Assembly: GCA_030599095.1 (NCBI GenBank)
Contig: JAUVOQ010000001.1
Span: 1 to 59,061 of the forward strand
Direction of reading: 5' to 3'
DNA from: Candidatus Ruthturnera sp.
Lineage (GTDB): Bacteria > Pseudomonadota > Gammaproteobacteria > PS1 > Pseudothioglobaceae
Length of the DNA: 59,061 bases
The notes under the pieces are model-generated. The model searched no databases, was not told where the DNA came from, and worked only from the letters and a program-made list of their open reading frames with translations. The first letter of the stretch is position 1; every line of letters starts with the position of its first letter. Shown piece after piece: positions 10,591 to 20,583 of this stretch. A program made the position numbers and the translations under genes.

Positions 10591-11015
10591 ATATTAGCAC
10601 TTACTTGGGATTTGATGTTGGCACCAAGCGCACTGGCGTTGCAATCGCCAATAGTTTAACCATGCAAGCAACAGGCATTAAGGTGATTAAACACCATAAA
10701 GATGGTTCAACCAATTGGGTGGCATTTGATGAGGTTGTTAGTGCTCATAGTATTAACAAGTTCATTGTTGGTTTGCCATTTGACCAACAAGGGGAAGAGC
10801 AGGCAATGACTTTTATTGCCAAATCATTCGGCAAAAAATTAAAAAATCGCTACCAAATTGAGGTTGAATTTATTGATGAATATTTATCCTCAAATGAAGC
10901 CAAAAAACTTTTAAAATACAATCATCATCATCGCAATGCACAACGCGCTAATGTTGATAAACAATCGTCACAGTTAATATTACAAACATGGCTCAATGAA
11001 AAAAGATTTGATTAG
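10587..11015 (+). CDS. ruvX: YqgF/RuvX pre-16S rRNA nuclease
   Basis: LGFDVGTKRTGVA, VGLP, DEYLSS, ILQTWL. Confidence 0.9.
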   Translation: MNISTYLGFDVGTKRTGVAIANSLTMQATGIKVIKHHKDGSTNWVAFDEVVSAHSINKFIVGLPFDQQGEEQAMTFIAKSFGKKLKNRYQIEVEFIDEYLSSNEAKKLLKYNHHHRNAQRANVDKQSSQLILQTWLNEKRFD

Positions 11016-11958
11016 TAACCACATCCAACTAGATGACTCTGGTCAATTAATTCATCTACTAGGTCTTGAAGGTCTTTCTAAACAACACTTAACTCACATT
11101 CTTGATGCGGCCGATGGTCTGATTGATGCCTCTGGCAATTTAAAAAAATCCAAAGCGCTTAATGACATGTCCATTGCTAATTTATTTTTTGAGCCATCAA
11201 CACGTACGCGTAACACCTTCGAGATTGCTGCAATGCGCAGTAGTGCCAATGTCATCAACGTTGACCTTGCCAACTCAGCACTCAAAAAAAATGAGTATTT
11301 GCTTGACACCATGCACACACTTAAAGCCATGCAAATTGATATGTTTGTGATTCGCCACAAGCAAAATGGCTTGCCGCACCACGTGGCACAATATTTAAGA
11401 GATGTCTCCATTCTAAACGCAGGTGATGGCATTAATGCCCACCCAACCCAAGCACTACTTGACATGCTCAGCATTCGTCAACATAAAAAAACATTTGAGG
11501 ATTTATCAGTCGCTATTGTGGGCGATATTACCCATTCACGTGTTGCTCACTCTGATATTCAAGCACTTAAAACGCTAGGCACGACTGACATTCGCCTCAT
11601 TGCCCCAAAAATCTTACAATATGATTTGGCGTCTTGTTCGGCAGTTAAACATTTTGATAACATTGAGTTGGGGCTTAAAGGTTGCGATGTAGTGATCGTA
11701 TTAAGATTACAAAAAGAACGCATGATTGCGGCTGATATCCCCAATGAACAAGAATACTTTGATAATTTTGGACTCACGCCAAAACGACTAGCATTGGCAA
11801 AACCCGATGCCATTGTGATGCACCCAGGTCCAATTAATCGTGGCGTTGAGATTGACTCAAACGTGGCTGATGGCACTCAATCAATCATCTTACAACAAGT
11901 CACTAATGGCATTGCAGTACGTATGGCAGTGATGCAAATTCTTGCTAACAAAACATGA
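10996..11958 (+). CDS. pyrB: Aspartate carbamoyltransferase catalytic subunit
   Basis: FFEPSTRT, HPTQALLD, RLQKER, MHPGPINRGVEI. Confidence 0.97.
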   Translation: MKKDLISNHIQLDDSGQLIHLLGLEGLSKQHLTHILDAADGLIDASGNLKKSKALNDMSIANLFFEPSTRTRNTFEIAAMRSSANVINVDLANSALKKNEYLLDTMHTLKAMQIDMFVIRHKQNGLPHHVAQYLRDVSILNAGDGINAHPTQALLDMLSIRQHKKTFEDLSVAIVGDITHSRVAHSDIQALKTLGTTDIRLIAPKILQYDLASCSAVKHFDNIELGLKGCDVVIVLRLQKERMIAADIPNEQEYFDNFGLTPKRLALAKPDAIVMHPGPINRGVEIDSNVADGTQSIILQQVTNGIAVRMAVMQILANKT

Positions 11959-12010
11959 GTAATAAATTTAACTTTGATCAATTAAAAACCACACTACATC
12001 ATCTGGTCAA

Positions 12011-12066
12011 GTAAACTTCTTTGCTGTAAATTCGCATCTATCCTATCAAATCCACTCCCATCAATT
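12011..12066. repeat. Partial copy of dispersed leader repeat
   Basis: aaacttctttgctgtaaattcgcatctatcctatcaaatccac matches 27749-27802 and 57468-57505. Confidence 0.7.
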
Positions 12067-12331
12067 CATTTAAAAATTCATCACCACTAATCAATCACTT
12101 CAAAATGTTAGGCAATTGATACTTGTTTTAGCAAATTTAGAAAAATGTCTGTGTTTTATGAGTTACAAAGCTTGAATGTGGTGACTTTTTTAGATTTTTG
12201 GTGTGGTTTTGCTTGTGGATGGTTCTATTTTTGAATGTGAGGCTTTAGCATTTTAATGGCACATCATTTTTGATAATCATATTTAAAAAATGCTACAATA
12301 ACCAATTTATGAATTGAGGTAAGGGCTTTAA

Positions 12332-13420
12332 GTGGATATTGTTTATTGGTTAATGTTGTTAAAGGCGCCCCACCTCGGGGTAAAAACGTTTTATAAAGCG
12401 TTAAAGCATTTTGAATCGCCACAGCAAGTATTTGAAGCATCTCACGAACAACGCAAGCAATCGGGCTTATTTAGAAAAGAGACATTAACATACTTGCAAC
12501 AAGCTGATAAATCACTGGTGCAAGCAGACATTGATTGGGCAAAAAATGAGCATTGCCACATCTTAACCTTGATTGATGAAAAATATCCCAAACAACTAAA
12601 AACCATTTCAGATCCGCCACCACTATTGTATGTTAGAGGAGATATTGACTGCTTATCAAGACCACAACTGGCCATTGTCGGTAGTAGAAATCCAACATCA
12701 GGCGGTGAAGATAGCGCCTATACTTTTGCTTTTGAATTATCCAAGTTGGGCATGGTAATTACCTCAGGCATGGCAAGTGGCATTGATGCCAAGGCACACA
12801 TTGGCGCTTTAGAGTCAGGCGCACAAACGATTGCGGTTTGTGGCACAGGGCTTGATAGAATTTATCCAGCAAAGCATAAATCTTTGGCGCATCAAATTTC
12901 AATGTGCGGTGCACTTATTTCAGAGTTTCCCATTGGTACTTCGCCCATGGCCAGTAATTTTCCAAGGCGTAATCGTGTCATTAGTGGGCTTAGTCTTGGC
13001 ACTTTAGTGGTTGAGGCGAGTATTAAAAGTGGCACCATGATTACTGCAAAATTAGCTGCCGAACAAGGCAGGGAAGTGTTTGCAATGCCTAGTTCTATTC
13101 ACAATCCATTATCAAAAGGCTGTCATCAACTTATTAAGCAAGGTGCTAAATTAACTGACGATATTGAAGACATATTATCCGAACTACCCAAGGGCTTAGG
13201 CTTGTTAGTTTTACTTAAAAACAAGCCTATTGATGTAAAAAGTGTAGACAAAACAGACTCTATGCTATTAAAATGTCTGAGTTATGATGCAGTGACGGTT
13301 GATAAACTGGTCGAAAAAACCAACCTTAGCCCACAGATAATTACCCAAGCGCTTTTATTGCTTGAACTTGAAAATAAAGTAGCTAAAATTACAGGGTCAG
13401 GCTACGTACTAACTAAGTGA
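12332..13420 (+). CDS. dprA: DNA-processing protein DprA
   Basis: DPPPLLYVRG, AIVGSR, SGMASGID, FPRRNRVISGLS. Confidence 0.95.
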   Translation: MDIVYWLMLLKAPHLGVKTFYKALKHFESPQQVFEASHEQRKQSGLFRKETLTYLQQADKSLVQADIDWAKNEHCHILTLIDEKYPKQLKTISDPPPLLYVRGDIDCLSRPQLAIVGSRNPTSGGEDSAYTFAFELSKLGMVITSGMASGIDAKAHIGALESGAQTIAVCGTGLDRIYPAKHKSLAHQISMCGALISEFPIGTSPMASNFPRRNRVISGLSLGTLVVEASIKSGTMITAKLAAEQGREVFAMPSSIHNPLSKGCHQLIKQGAKLTDDIEDILSELPKGLGLLVLLKNKPIDVKSVDKTDSMLLKCLSYDAVTVDKLVEKTNLSPQIITQALLLLELENKVAKITGSGYVLTK

Positions 13421-13426
13421 GATTTT

Positions 13427-13918
13427 ATGACAAATAATATTCTTGATGTTCTAACCTATATGTTTGATTATCTTTTTGAAGAGGCAGAGCAAGACGCTAC
13501 CCATGAAATTGATGATACCGAACTAAAAGCACATCTTTCAAACATCGGATTTGACACAATGCGTATTGATAAAGCACTGAGTTGGCTAGAAAACATCGCC
13601 ACCATTCAAGATGGAAAAATTAAGCCATTCAAGACAGCTTATCAAAGCAGTATGCGCATTTACACTAAGGCTGAAAAAATAAAACTCAATGCTAAATCTA
13701 GAGGGTTTTTATTGTTTATGGAAAATATTGGACAGTTAGATCCCAATCAACGCGAGATGATTATTGATCAAATCATGTCATTAGGTGATGCCAGTATTTC
13801 TTTAGAAGACCTTAAATGGGTAGTAATGATGGTATTAGGCAATAGTGTTGATGGCGAAACCTCAGCACAATGGCTAGAATCAATCGTGTTTCTTGATGAC
13901 AATCGCACCATTCAATAA
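13427..13918 (+). CDS. smg: Smg (DUF494)
   Basis: DVLTYMF, MRIYT, LEDLKWVVMMVL; dprA-smg-topA order. Confidence 0.9.
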   Translation: MTNNILDVLTYMFDYLFEEAEQDATHEIDDTELKAHLSNIGFDTMRIDKALSWLENIATIQDGKIKPFKTAYQSSMRIYTKAEKIKLNAKSRGFLLFMENIGQLDPNQREMIIDQIMSLGDASISLEDLKWVVMMVLGNSVDGETSAQWLESIVFLDDNRTIQ

Positions 13919-16260
13919 TGGCAAAAAATCTTGTTATTGTTGAGTCTCCTGCCAAAGCCAAAACCATTGAAAAGTTTTTAGGCAAAGGCTTTAGCGTTAA
14001 ATCTAGTATTGGTCATATTCGTGACATGCCCAAGAAAAACATGGGTATTGATATTGAGAATAACTTTACCCCAACCTATGAAATTACCACAGACAAGAAA
14101 AAGGTAGTCGCCGAGTTGCGTAAGGCGGTAAAAGTGGCAGAAAAAGTCTATCTGGCAACGGATGAGGATCGCGAAGGTGAAGCCATTGCTTGGCATTTAT
14201 TAGAAGCACTGAATTTACCCAAAGACACCCCAAGAATTGTCTTTCATGAGATTACCAAAAGTGCCATTACTAATGCCATTGTTAAGCCTAGAACGGTTGA
14301 TTATCAACTGGTAGATGCCCAACAAGCACGTCGCATTATTGATAGATTGGTGGGTTTTGAGATCTCCCCCGTTTTATGGCGCAAGATTTCAGGTGCACGC
14401 TCCGCTGGCAGAGTGCAGTCCCCAGTGGTGCGCCTTGTGGTCGAAAGAGAGCGAGAAATTAGCCAACATACCACCAGTTCTACCTACAAAGTCAAAGCAG
14501 AGTTGGTGAATGAAGGTGGTGAGATATTTGAAGTTAAACTGAGCAAAGAGTTTGAATCTAAAGAACAAGCATTGGTCTTTGCTAATGCGCTTTTATCAGT
14601 CAATTTAACTGTTGCATCAATTGAGAAAAAACCCTCTAAACGCTCACCCAAGCCGCCTTTTATTACCTCAACCTTGCAACAAGAAGCCTCTCAAAAATTA
14701 GGCTTTTCAGTGAAGAAAACCATGACTTTGGCACAAAATTTATACCGTGAAGGCTCTATTACTTATATGCGAACCGATTCATTCACGCTATCAGAAACAG
14801 CAATTGAGGTAGCTGGCAAGGTTATTGCAAAAGAATTTGGCAGTGAATATCACCACATAAGACACCATAAAACCAAAGATGCAGCCGCACAGGAAGCGCA
14901 CGAGGCAATTCGCCCAACTGATTTAACCAAGCCCAGTATTTTTGGCATTGAGGCTCAAGCCGCTAAATTATATAGCCTTATTTATAAACGTACATTGGCT
15001 TGCCAAATGAGCGATGCCCAATTACAAAAAACCCAAATAAAAATCAACATTTCAGGACTTGATGAACAATTCCTAGCCAATGGTGAAATATTGACATTTC
15101 CAGGGTTTTTAAGGGTTTATGATTATCTCTCGTCAGAGGATAAATTATTGCCCGATTTGAACCAAGGTGATACATTGAGTTTGGCTAGTTTTAAAGCTAA
15201 AGAAAGTTTTTCAAGAGCCAGGCCGCGTTACACCGAGGCCTCACTGGTGAAGAAAATTGAAGAAATGGGCATCGGCAGACCTTCAACATTTGCCACCATG
15301 GTATCCACAGTGCAAGACAGAAATTATGTCGCAAAAGAGACTAGAGAGGGTGTTGAGCGTGAATATCAACTGATTGAAATCAAAGACAACCAAGTCCTTC
15401 AATCAAGACCAAGCGAAGTAACAGGTGCTGAAAAAAATAAACTATTTCCAACTAATGTTGCCTATTTACTCACCGATTTTTTAGTCAAATATTTTGACAA
15501 CATCATTGATTATAAATTTACTGCCAAACTTGAAAATGATTTTGACACCATTGCCACACAAAACATCCCATGGCAAGGCGTGGTTAAGAATTTTTACACC
15601 CCTTTTCATCAAAAAATCGAAGATGCCGCTGATATTTCCAGAGAAGAAACCCACGGTATGCGTGAACTCGGCACAGATTTAAAAAGTGGCAAACCCGTTA
15701 GCGTGCGTTTTGGCAAGTACGGCGCCTTTGCCCAAATCGGTCATAAAGACGACGAAGACAAACCAACTTTTGCCTCACTCAGAGGCTCGTTAGATATTGA
15801 GAGCATCACCCTTGATGAAGCTTTAGAATTATTCAACATGCCCCGCACTATCGGCGAAACCGATGATTTTGGCACCATCAAAGCTAACTATGGCCGCTTT
15901 GGTCCCTACATCCAATATGGCAAGAAATACGTCTCACTCAAAGAAGACACCCCAGAAGAAGTCAGCCTAGAAAAGGCGCTAGAACTGATTGCTGCCAAAG
16001 AAAAATTTGACGCTGAACGCATCGTAAAAACCTTTGATGATTCTGACATCCAAGTCCTTAACGGCCGTTTCGGTCCCTACATCTGGAACGGCAAGAAAAA
16101 AGGCAAAGGTCAAAAAAACATCACCATCAAAAAAGTCTTTGGTGATAAAGATCCAGCAGATTTAACCCTTGAAGAATGTAAAAAAGCGGTTTCTGGCAAA
16201 ATTAAGCCCAAAGCCAAACCTAAAAAGAAGACAGTTAAGAAAAAAGTTATTAAAAGGTAG
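13918..16260 (+). CDS. topA: Type I DNA topoisomerase
   Basis: VIVESPAKAKTI, ATDEDREGEAIAWH, SAGRVQS, ITYMRTDS, C-terminal GRFGPY repeats. Confidence 0.97.
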   Translation: MAKNLVIVESPAKAKTIEKFLGKGFSVKSSIGHIRDMPKKNMGIDIENNFTPTYEITTDKKKVVAELRKAVKVAEKVYLATDEDREGEAIAWHLLEALNLPKDTPRIVFHEITKSAITNAIVKPRTVDYQLVDAQQARRIIDRLVGFEISPVLWRKISGARSAGRVQSPVVRLVVEREREISQHTTSSTYKVKAELVNEGGEIFEVKLSKEFESKEQALVFANALLSVNLTVASIEKKPSKRSPKPPFITSTLQQEASQKLGFSVKKTMTLAQNLYREGSITYMRTDSFTLSETAIEVAGKVIAKEFGSEYHHIRHHKTKDAAAQEAHEAIRPTDLTKPSIFGIEAQAAKLYSLIYKRTLACQMSDAQLQKTQIKINISGLDEQFLANGEILTFPGFLRVYDYLSSEDKLLPDLNQGDTLSLASFKAKESFSRARPRYTEASLVKKIEEMGIGRPSTFATMVSTVQDRNYVAKETREGVEREYQLIEIKDNQVLQSRPSEVTGAEKNKLFPTNVAYLLTDFLVKYFDNIIDYKFTAKLENDFDTIATQNIPWQGVVKNFYTPFHQKIEDAADISREETHGMRELGTDLKSGKPVSVRFGKYGAFAQIGHKDDEDKPTFASLRGSLDIESITLDEALELFNMPRTIGETDDFGTIKANYGRFGPYIQYGKKYVSLKEDTPEEVSLEKALELIAAKEKFDAERIVKTFDDSDIQVLNGRFGPYIWNGKKKGKGQKNITIKKVFGDKDPADLTLEECKKAVSGKIKPKAKPKKKTVKKKVIKR

Positions 16261-16289
16261 ATTCAGTGCCGAGTATTTAATTATGAATT

Positions 16290-16532
16290 ATGCCAACCTC
16301 TAAAAACACCTTCCAACCTCAAGCCAAGCCATTTTTAAAATGGGCGGGTGGGAAAAGAGGGCTAATAACACAATTATTTGCCAAATTCCCCACTGATTTT
16401 AATAATTATCATGAGCCATTTTTAGGTGGTGGTGCGGTATTTTTTGAACTTTATTCAAGGGGGATGCTAAAAGGTAAAGAGGCGTATCTTTTTGATAAGC
16501 ATCTTGGGTTTTTAGAGATGCCCCTAATTTAA
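16290..16532 (+). pseudogene. Truncated Dam/D12-class adenine methyltransferase
   Basis: [10 protein letters not shown] and EPFLGGGAV present, DPPY absent; tail formed by a MITE end (16506-16523). Confidence 0.85.
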
Positions 16533-16536
16533 AACA

Positions 16537-17283
16537 ATGTCAACTATGCAAATCTTAAAACAACATTGGGAAGATACTTTAATTAATTTGGTTGGTAATG
16601 CCCATGAAAAAATCTTTCTTTCTTCTCCATTTATTAAAGAAAAAGTTGCTCAAATAATAATAAATAACAAGAATGATGGAGTGGATTGTAAGTTACTCAC
16701 AAAATTCACTTTATCAAATATGCGTGGAGGTGGGCTTGATTTAAGTGCAGTACAATCATTTAAAGATAATGGCTTTTCATTAAAAAATATAGATAATTTA
16801 CATGCAAAGATTTTTATTTTTGACCGTCAAGCAATTATTACTTCTGCAAATTTGACAAATGGTGGGTTGTATAGCAATCTTGAATATGGTGTTTTATTAG
16901 AGAATGAAACAGAGATAGAAAATGACTTTCTAGGTTATTACAATAATGCAAACTATCAATATATAAAAAACGAACACATTTTAAAGGTGCAAAATTTATT
17001 AGATAAATTGCCCAAAATACAAAAATCTAAAAACCTGAATGGAGAAATACAGATTTTTGCTAAAGAATTGGATAAAAATTTATCAACAGGTAATCAAAAA
17101 GTATTTGATAGCATTGAACAGATAGGCTTAGAGAAATTTACTACACAAGATATTTATCAATTCAAGGGTCAATTTGCAGGTAAGACGCCTGAAAATACGA
17201 TTAGAAGAAATTTGCAAGAATTAAGAGATATTGGGTTGTTAAAATTTGTTGATAAGGGAGTTTATAAAAAATTATGGAGTTGA
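16537..17283 (+). CDS. PLD-family nuclease fused to DpnI-like C-terminal winged helix
   Basis: SSPFI, LHAKIFIFD..AIITSANLT, NLEYG; C-terminal FTTQDIYQF...TIRRNLQELRDIGLLKFVDKGVYKKL. Confidence 0.8.
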   Translation: MSTMQILKQHWEDTLINLVGNAHEKIFLSSPFIKEKVAQIIINNKNDGVDCKLLTKFTLSNMRGGGLDLSAVQSFKDNGFSLKNIDNLHAKIFIFDRQAIITSANLTNGGLYSNLEYGVLLENETEIENDFLGYYNNANYQYIKNEHILKVQNLLDKLPKIQKSKNLNGEIQIFAKELDKNLSTGNQKVFDSIEQIGLEKFTTQDIYQFKGQFAGKTPENTIRRNLQELRDIGLLKFVDKGVYKKLWS

Positions 17284-17708
17284 TAAAAAATATAGAAGAC
17301 TTAGCAATAGAGTATCGAAAACATTGGAAGGAGGGTTTGTGGGAATCCAAAGACATTGAAGAATTTGGATTGAATGAATTTATTGGTGGAAAAGCAGAAG
17401 CATATGAAGATTGTGTACAAATTATAAAACAAGACTTTCAGCCTATTATCAGGCTCTCAGAAGAGACAATAGAAGATAATTTACAGGATATTGCACAAGC
17501 TTTTTCTACTTCGGAAGGAATAGGTATAGATTATGTAGATATTACTAGATGGAAGACGGTAGCTGATGAATTATCATTAGTACAAATGTCGAACAACATT
17601 ATTGAATTAATGAACTTTAGGTTTGATTTTGATGACGAAGAGGCTTGTCAAATTGCAGAAAAAATAGTGCTAGAAATTAAGAAAGACATTGAAAAATTAA
17701 AGCCTTGA
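17274..17708 (+). CDS. Acidic hypothetical protein
   Basis: 144-aa ORF overlapping the PLD gene end, with GGAG SD. Confidence 0.6.
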   Translation: MELIKNIEDLAIEYRKHWKEGLWESKDIEEFGLNEFIGGKAEAYEDCVQIIKQDFQPIIRLSEETIEDNLQDIAQAFSTSEGIGIDYVDITRWKTVADELSLVQMSNNIIELMNFRFDFDDEEACQIAEKIVLEIKKDIEKLKP

Positions 17709-17788
17709 CCTATTTTGACCAAGATAGAGCATAAAGATGTTAATGTGAATGTGCGGTAAAATGCTAGATTTTTTGTATCTAAAAGATT

Positions 17789-17971
17789 ATGTTATTGTTA
17801 AGTGAGGTGATTATTGCCCATCCTCAAGTGGAGAATTTTGAGGCGTTGGTTGTGGTTTTGAAACAGGTGTCTAAAGGGTCTGATGAGCGGTTTTTTAGGA
17901 TGGATGTGAAGCCTGATTATGTGGATGTGCCTGATAATTGGGAAGATCGCTTAGAAGCGGCTTTTTATTAG
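17789..17971 (+). CDS. Small conserved-looking protein (resembles small proteins of sulfur oxidisers)
   Basis: RMDVKPDY.D.PDNWEDRLEAAF; 10 bp from the next ORF. Confidence 0.6.
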   Translation: MLLLSEVIIAHPQVENFEALVVVLKQVSKGSDERFFRMDVKPDYVDVPDNWEDRLEAAFY

Positions 17972-17981
17972 GATATGTCTG

Positions 17982-18689
17982 ATGGGAAAATACTTAAATA
18001 AAGAGCAGATTTTTGATGCTGAAGGTGGTGAGGATTTATATGCCAATGAAGATCAACTCAAGGCTAGGCTTGACTATTTTGAAAAGCAGATTCAAGCACA
18101 GACTGATGACACGCCTGCTGAGGAACAAATTAAGAATTTATTAGAGATTGGCAGAATTCAAGTTGAGCGTTATCAGGGTTCAGATGCTTGGGAAAAGGCA
18201 TTTAGTGCTTTTGATATCGCAAGGGATAACGAGCTTTGGGAGTTGGCAGTTGAATCCTGTGATGTGATGTTTTTATCCGAAGGACCAGATGCTTTGAAGG
18301 CGTTAGGTCATGCGTTGTGGTTAGGTATTACCTTTCCAATTAACCCAGAATTGACCGTTGCAATGCTACAACATTTGATTGAGGAGTCGCCAAAAGAGGC
18401 AGATACTCGTGCCATCGCCGCCACAACAGCGCATTATATTACTTCCATGCGTTGTGGTGCGGATGACGATTTAACTTTTTTTGCCTCACAAATGATGGCA
18501 TCTGTTGCGGATGAGCATTCAAACGTGACTGATCAGTCAACTTTTGATTTATGGCGTAAAACTTTACAACTAGACAAGCCAGAAGTGTTTTTAAAAAAAC
18601 TTTCAGGTGCTGTTGACCAGTTAGTGGCTGATGATTGGTGGATTGATAGGGATAAAATTAAAGCAAAATTAGACGCCAAGGGCAAGTAA
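17982..18689 (+). CDS. Hypothetical helical/TPR-like protein
   Basis: 235-aa ORF directly abutting trpF. Confidence 0.75.
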   Translation: MGKYLNKEQIFDAEGGEDLYANEDQLKARLDYFEKQIQAQTDDTPAEEQIKNLLEIGRIQVERYQGSDAWEKAFSAFDIARDNELWELAVESCDVMFLSEGPDALKALGHALWLGITFPINPELTVAMLQHLIEESPKEADTRAIAATTAHYITSMRCGADDDLTFFASQMMASVADEHSNVTDQSTFDLWRKTLQLDKPEVFLKKLSGAVDQLVADDWWIDRDKIKAKLDAKGK

Positions 18690-19295
18690 ATGAAGATTAA
18701 GGTTTGTGGATTTACCAATGTAGATAATGCCAATCAAGCTGCCATGTTTGGTATTGATGCAATTGGTTTGGTGTTTTATGATAAATCCCCGCGTTGTGTT
18801 GATATAGAGACTGCGATTGACATTGTAGGTGCATTGCCACCTTTTGTGAATCGTGTGGGCTTGTTTGTGAATGCGGACACTCACTTTATTGATGAAGTGT
18901 TGTGCGAAGTGCCACTGGATACTTTGCAATTTCATGGCGATGAACCAGCACATGAGTGTGCTCAATATGCCATGCCGTTTATTAAGGCGCTGCGTGTGAA
19001 TGCGCAGACTAATATCATCAAAATGGCAGATGAGTACCATCAGGCTAGTGGTTTGTTATTAGATGCGTTTAACAAAGATGTTTATGGCGGTACGGGCGAG
19101 CATTTTGATTGGCACTTGGCTAAGGTTGATATTAATCTGCCTATTATTTTAGCGGGCGGGCTTGACCCTAATACGGTGGCTGATGCTATTAACCAAGTAC
19201 ATCCTTATGCGGTTGATGTGTCAAGTGGTGTTGAAAGTGCAAAAGGCATTAAAGATATTAGCAAGATTAAACAGTTTTTAGCCAATGTGAGATAA
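18690..19295 (+). CDS. trpF: Phosphoribosylanthranilate isomerase
   Basis: KVCG, SPRCV, LQFHGDE, GGTGEHFDW, LAGGL, VDVSSGVE. Confidence 0.96.
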   Translation: MKIKVCGFTNVDNANQAAMFGIDAIGLVFYDKSPRCVDIETAIDIVGALPPFVNRVGLFVNADTHFIDEVLCEVPLDTLQFHGDEPAHECAQYAMPFIKALRVNAQTNIIKMADEYHQASGLLLDAFNKDVYGGTGEHFDWHLAKVDINLPIILAGGLDPNTVADAINQVHPYAVDVSSGVESAKGIKDISKIKQFLANVR

Positions 19296-19300
19296 TAGGT

Positions 19301-19415
19301 TTATTACACCTTTCCTTAAAAAAGTAAAATATAAGTTTTCTTATTACACCTTTCTTTAAAAAAGTAAAATATAAGTTTTCTTATTACACCTTTCCTTAAA
19401 AAAGTAAAATATAAG
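19301..19415 (+). repeat. 40-bp tandem repeat, about 2.9 copies
   Basis: ttattacacctttccttaaaaaagtaaaatataagttttc at 19301, 19341 (1 mismatch) and 19381 (35 bp). Confidence 0.97.
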
Positions 19416-19416
19416 C

Positions 19417-20583
19417 ATGAAAATATCAAAATTTAAAGCAGGCATTTTTCAATCTAAACATGATGGAAAGTGTTATAAATATCAATGTTTTTTACCAAAT
19501 AGCATTAATCATACATTTGAAGTTGATAATAATAATCTGCAAGTACAATTAGAAAAATCTATCCATTTGTTGGGTGAATTAAACGCCATGGCAAGATTGG
19601 TACCGAATATTGATTTGTTTATCATGAGTTTTATAAGTAATGAAGCAACTTTATCTAGCAAGATAGAAGGCACTCAAACTGAAATTGAGGATTCGTTTAA
19701 AAAAGAGGAGGACATTAAAATAGAGCAAAAAGATGATTGGCTTGAAGTCACTCTTTATATAGATGCAATGCGAACTGCCATTAATAATCTAAACAATTTA
19801 CCAATTTGCATGCGTCTAATTAAGCAGGCGCATGCAACACTGCTGTCATCAGGAAGGGGTAAGCAAAAACTACCAGGGGAGTTTCGCATTTCACAAAATT
19901 GGATTGGTGGAAATAGTATTCAGGATGCTAATTTTATTCCACCGCATCAAGATGATGTATATGAACTCATGTCAGATTTAGAAAAATTTCTAAATAATAA
20001 AATCGCCATTCCAGAAATAATAAAAATTGCTATTATTCATTATCAATTTGAGACCATTCATCCTTTTTGTGATGGTAATGGTAGAATTGGTAGAATGCTA
20101 ATACCACTACATTTAGTTAATAAAAAACTTTTATCAAAGCCCTTGCTTTATATGTCAGCATTTTTTGAAGTTAATAAAAATGAATATTATCAAAGGCTAA
20201 TGCAAGTTAGAATGAAGGATGATTTGTTGGGTTGGTTATTGTTTTTTCTTAAGGGTGTGGAAATAACAGCCAAACATAGTATTGGGGTTTTAATAGAAAC
20301 TCTAGACCTTAAGAAAAGCTTGACTAAAAAAATTCAAGAAAAAACTGGTTCTAGGTCGGTCAATAATATAAAAATGTTTGAAAGATTATTTGAAACGCCA
20401 TTTGTTAGGGTGGAAGATGTTAAGACAGAGTTATTAGTATCTGCAACAACTGCTAAAAATATCGTTGATGATTTGGTTAGAGTTGATATTTTAGATGAGT
20501 TAACGGGCAACAAACGTAATCGTCTTTTTGCTTTTAAGCCATATTTACAATTATTAAAAAAACCATTCCCAAAATATGAGTAA
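19417..20583 (+). CDS. Fic family protein with C-terminal HTH
   Basis: [12 protein letters not shown]; SSKIEGT; C-terminal [11 protein letters not shown]. Confidence 0.93.
   Translation: MKISKFKAGIFQSKHDGKCYKYQCFLPNSINHTFEVDNNNLQVQLEKSIHLLGELNAMARLVPNIDLFIMSFISNEATLSSKIEGTQTEIEDSFKKEEDIKIEQKDDWLEVTLYIDAMRTAINNLNNLPICMRLIKQAHATLLSSGRGKQKLPGEFRISQNWIGGNSIQDANFIPPHQDDVYELMSDLEKFLNNKIAIPEIIKIAIIHYQFETIHPFCDGNGRIGRMLIPLHLVNKKLLSKPLLYMSAFFEVNKNEYYQRLMQVRMKDDLLGWLLFFLKGVEITAKHSIGVLIETLDLKKSLTKKIQEKTGSRSVNNIKMFERLFETPFVRVEDVKTELLVSATTAKNIVDDLVRVDILDELTGNKRNRLFAFKPYLQLLKKPFPKYE

Noticed and set aside
19301-19415. CRISPR array
   Set aside because: Units are contiguous with no unique spacers, and there are no cas genes.
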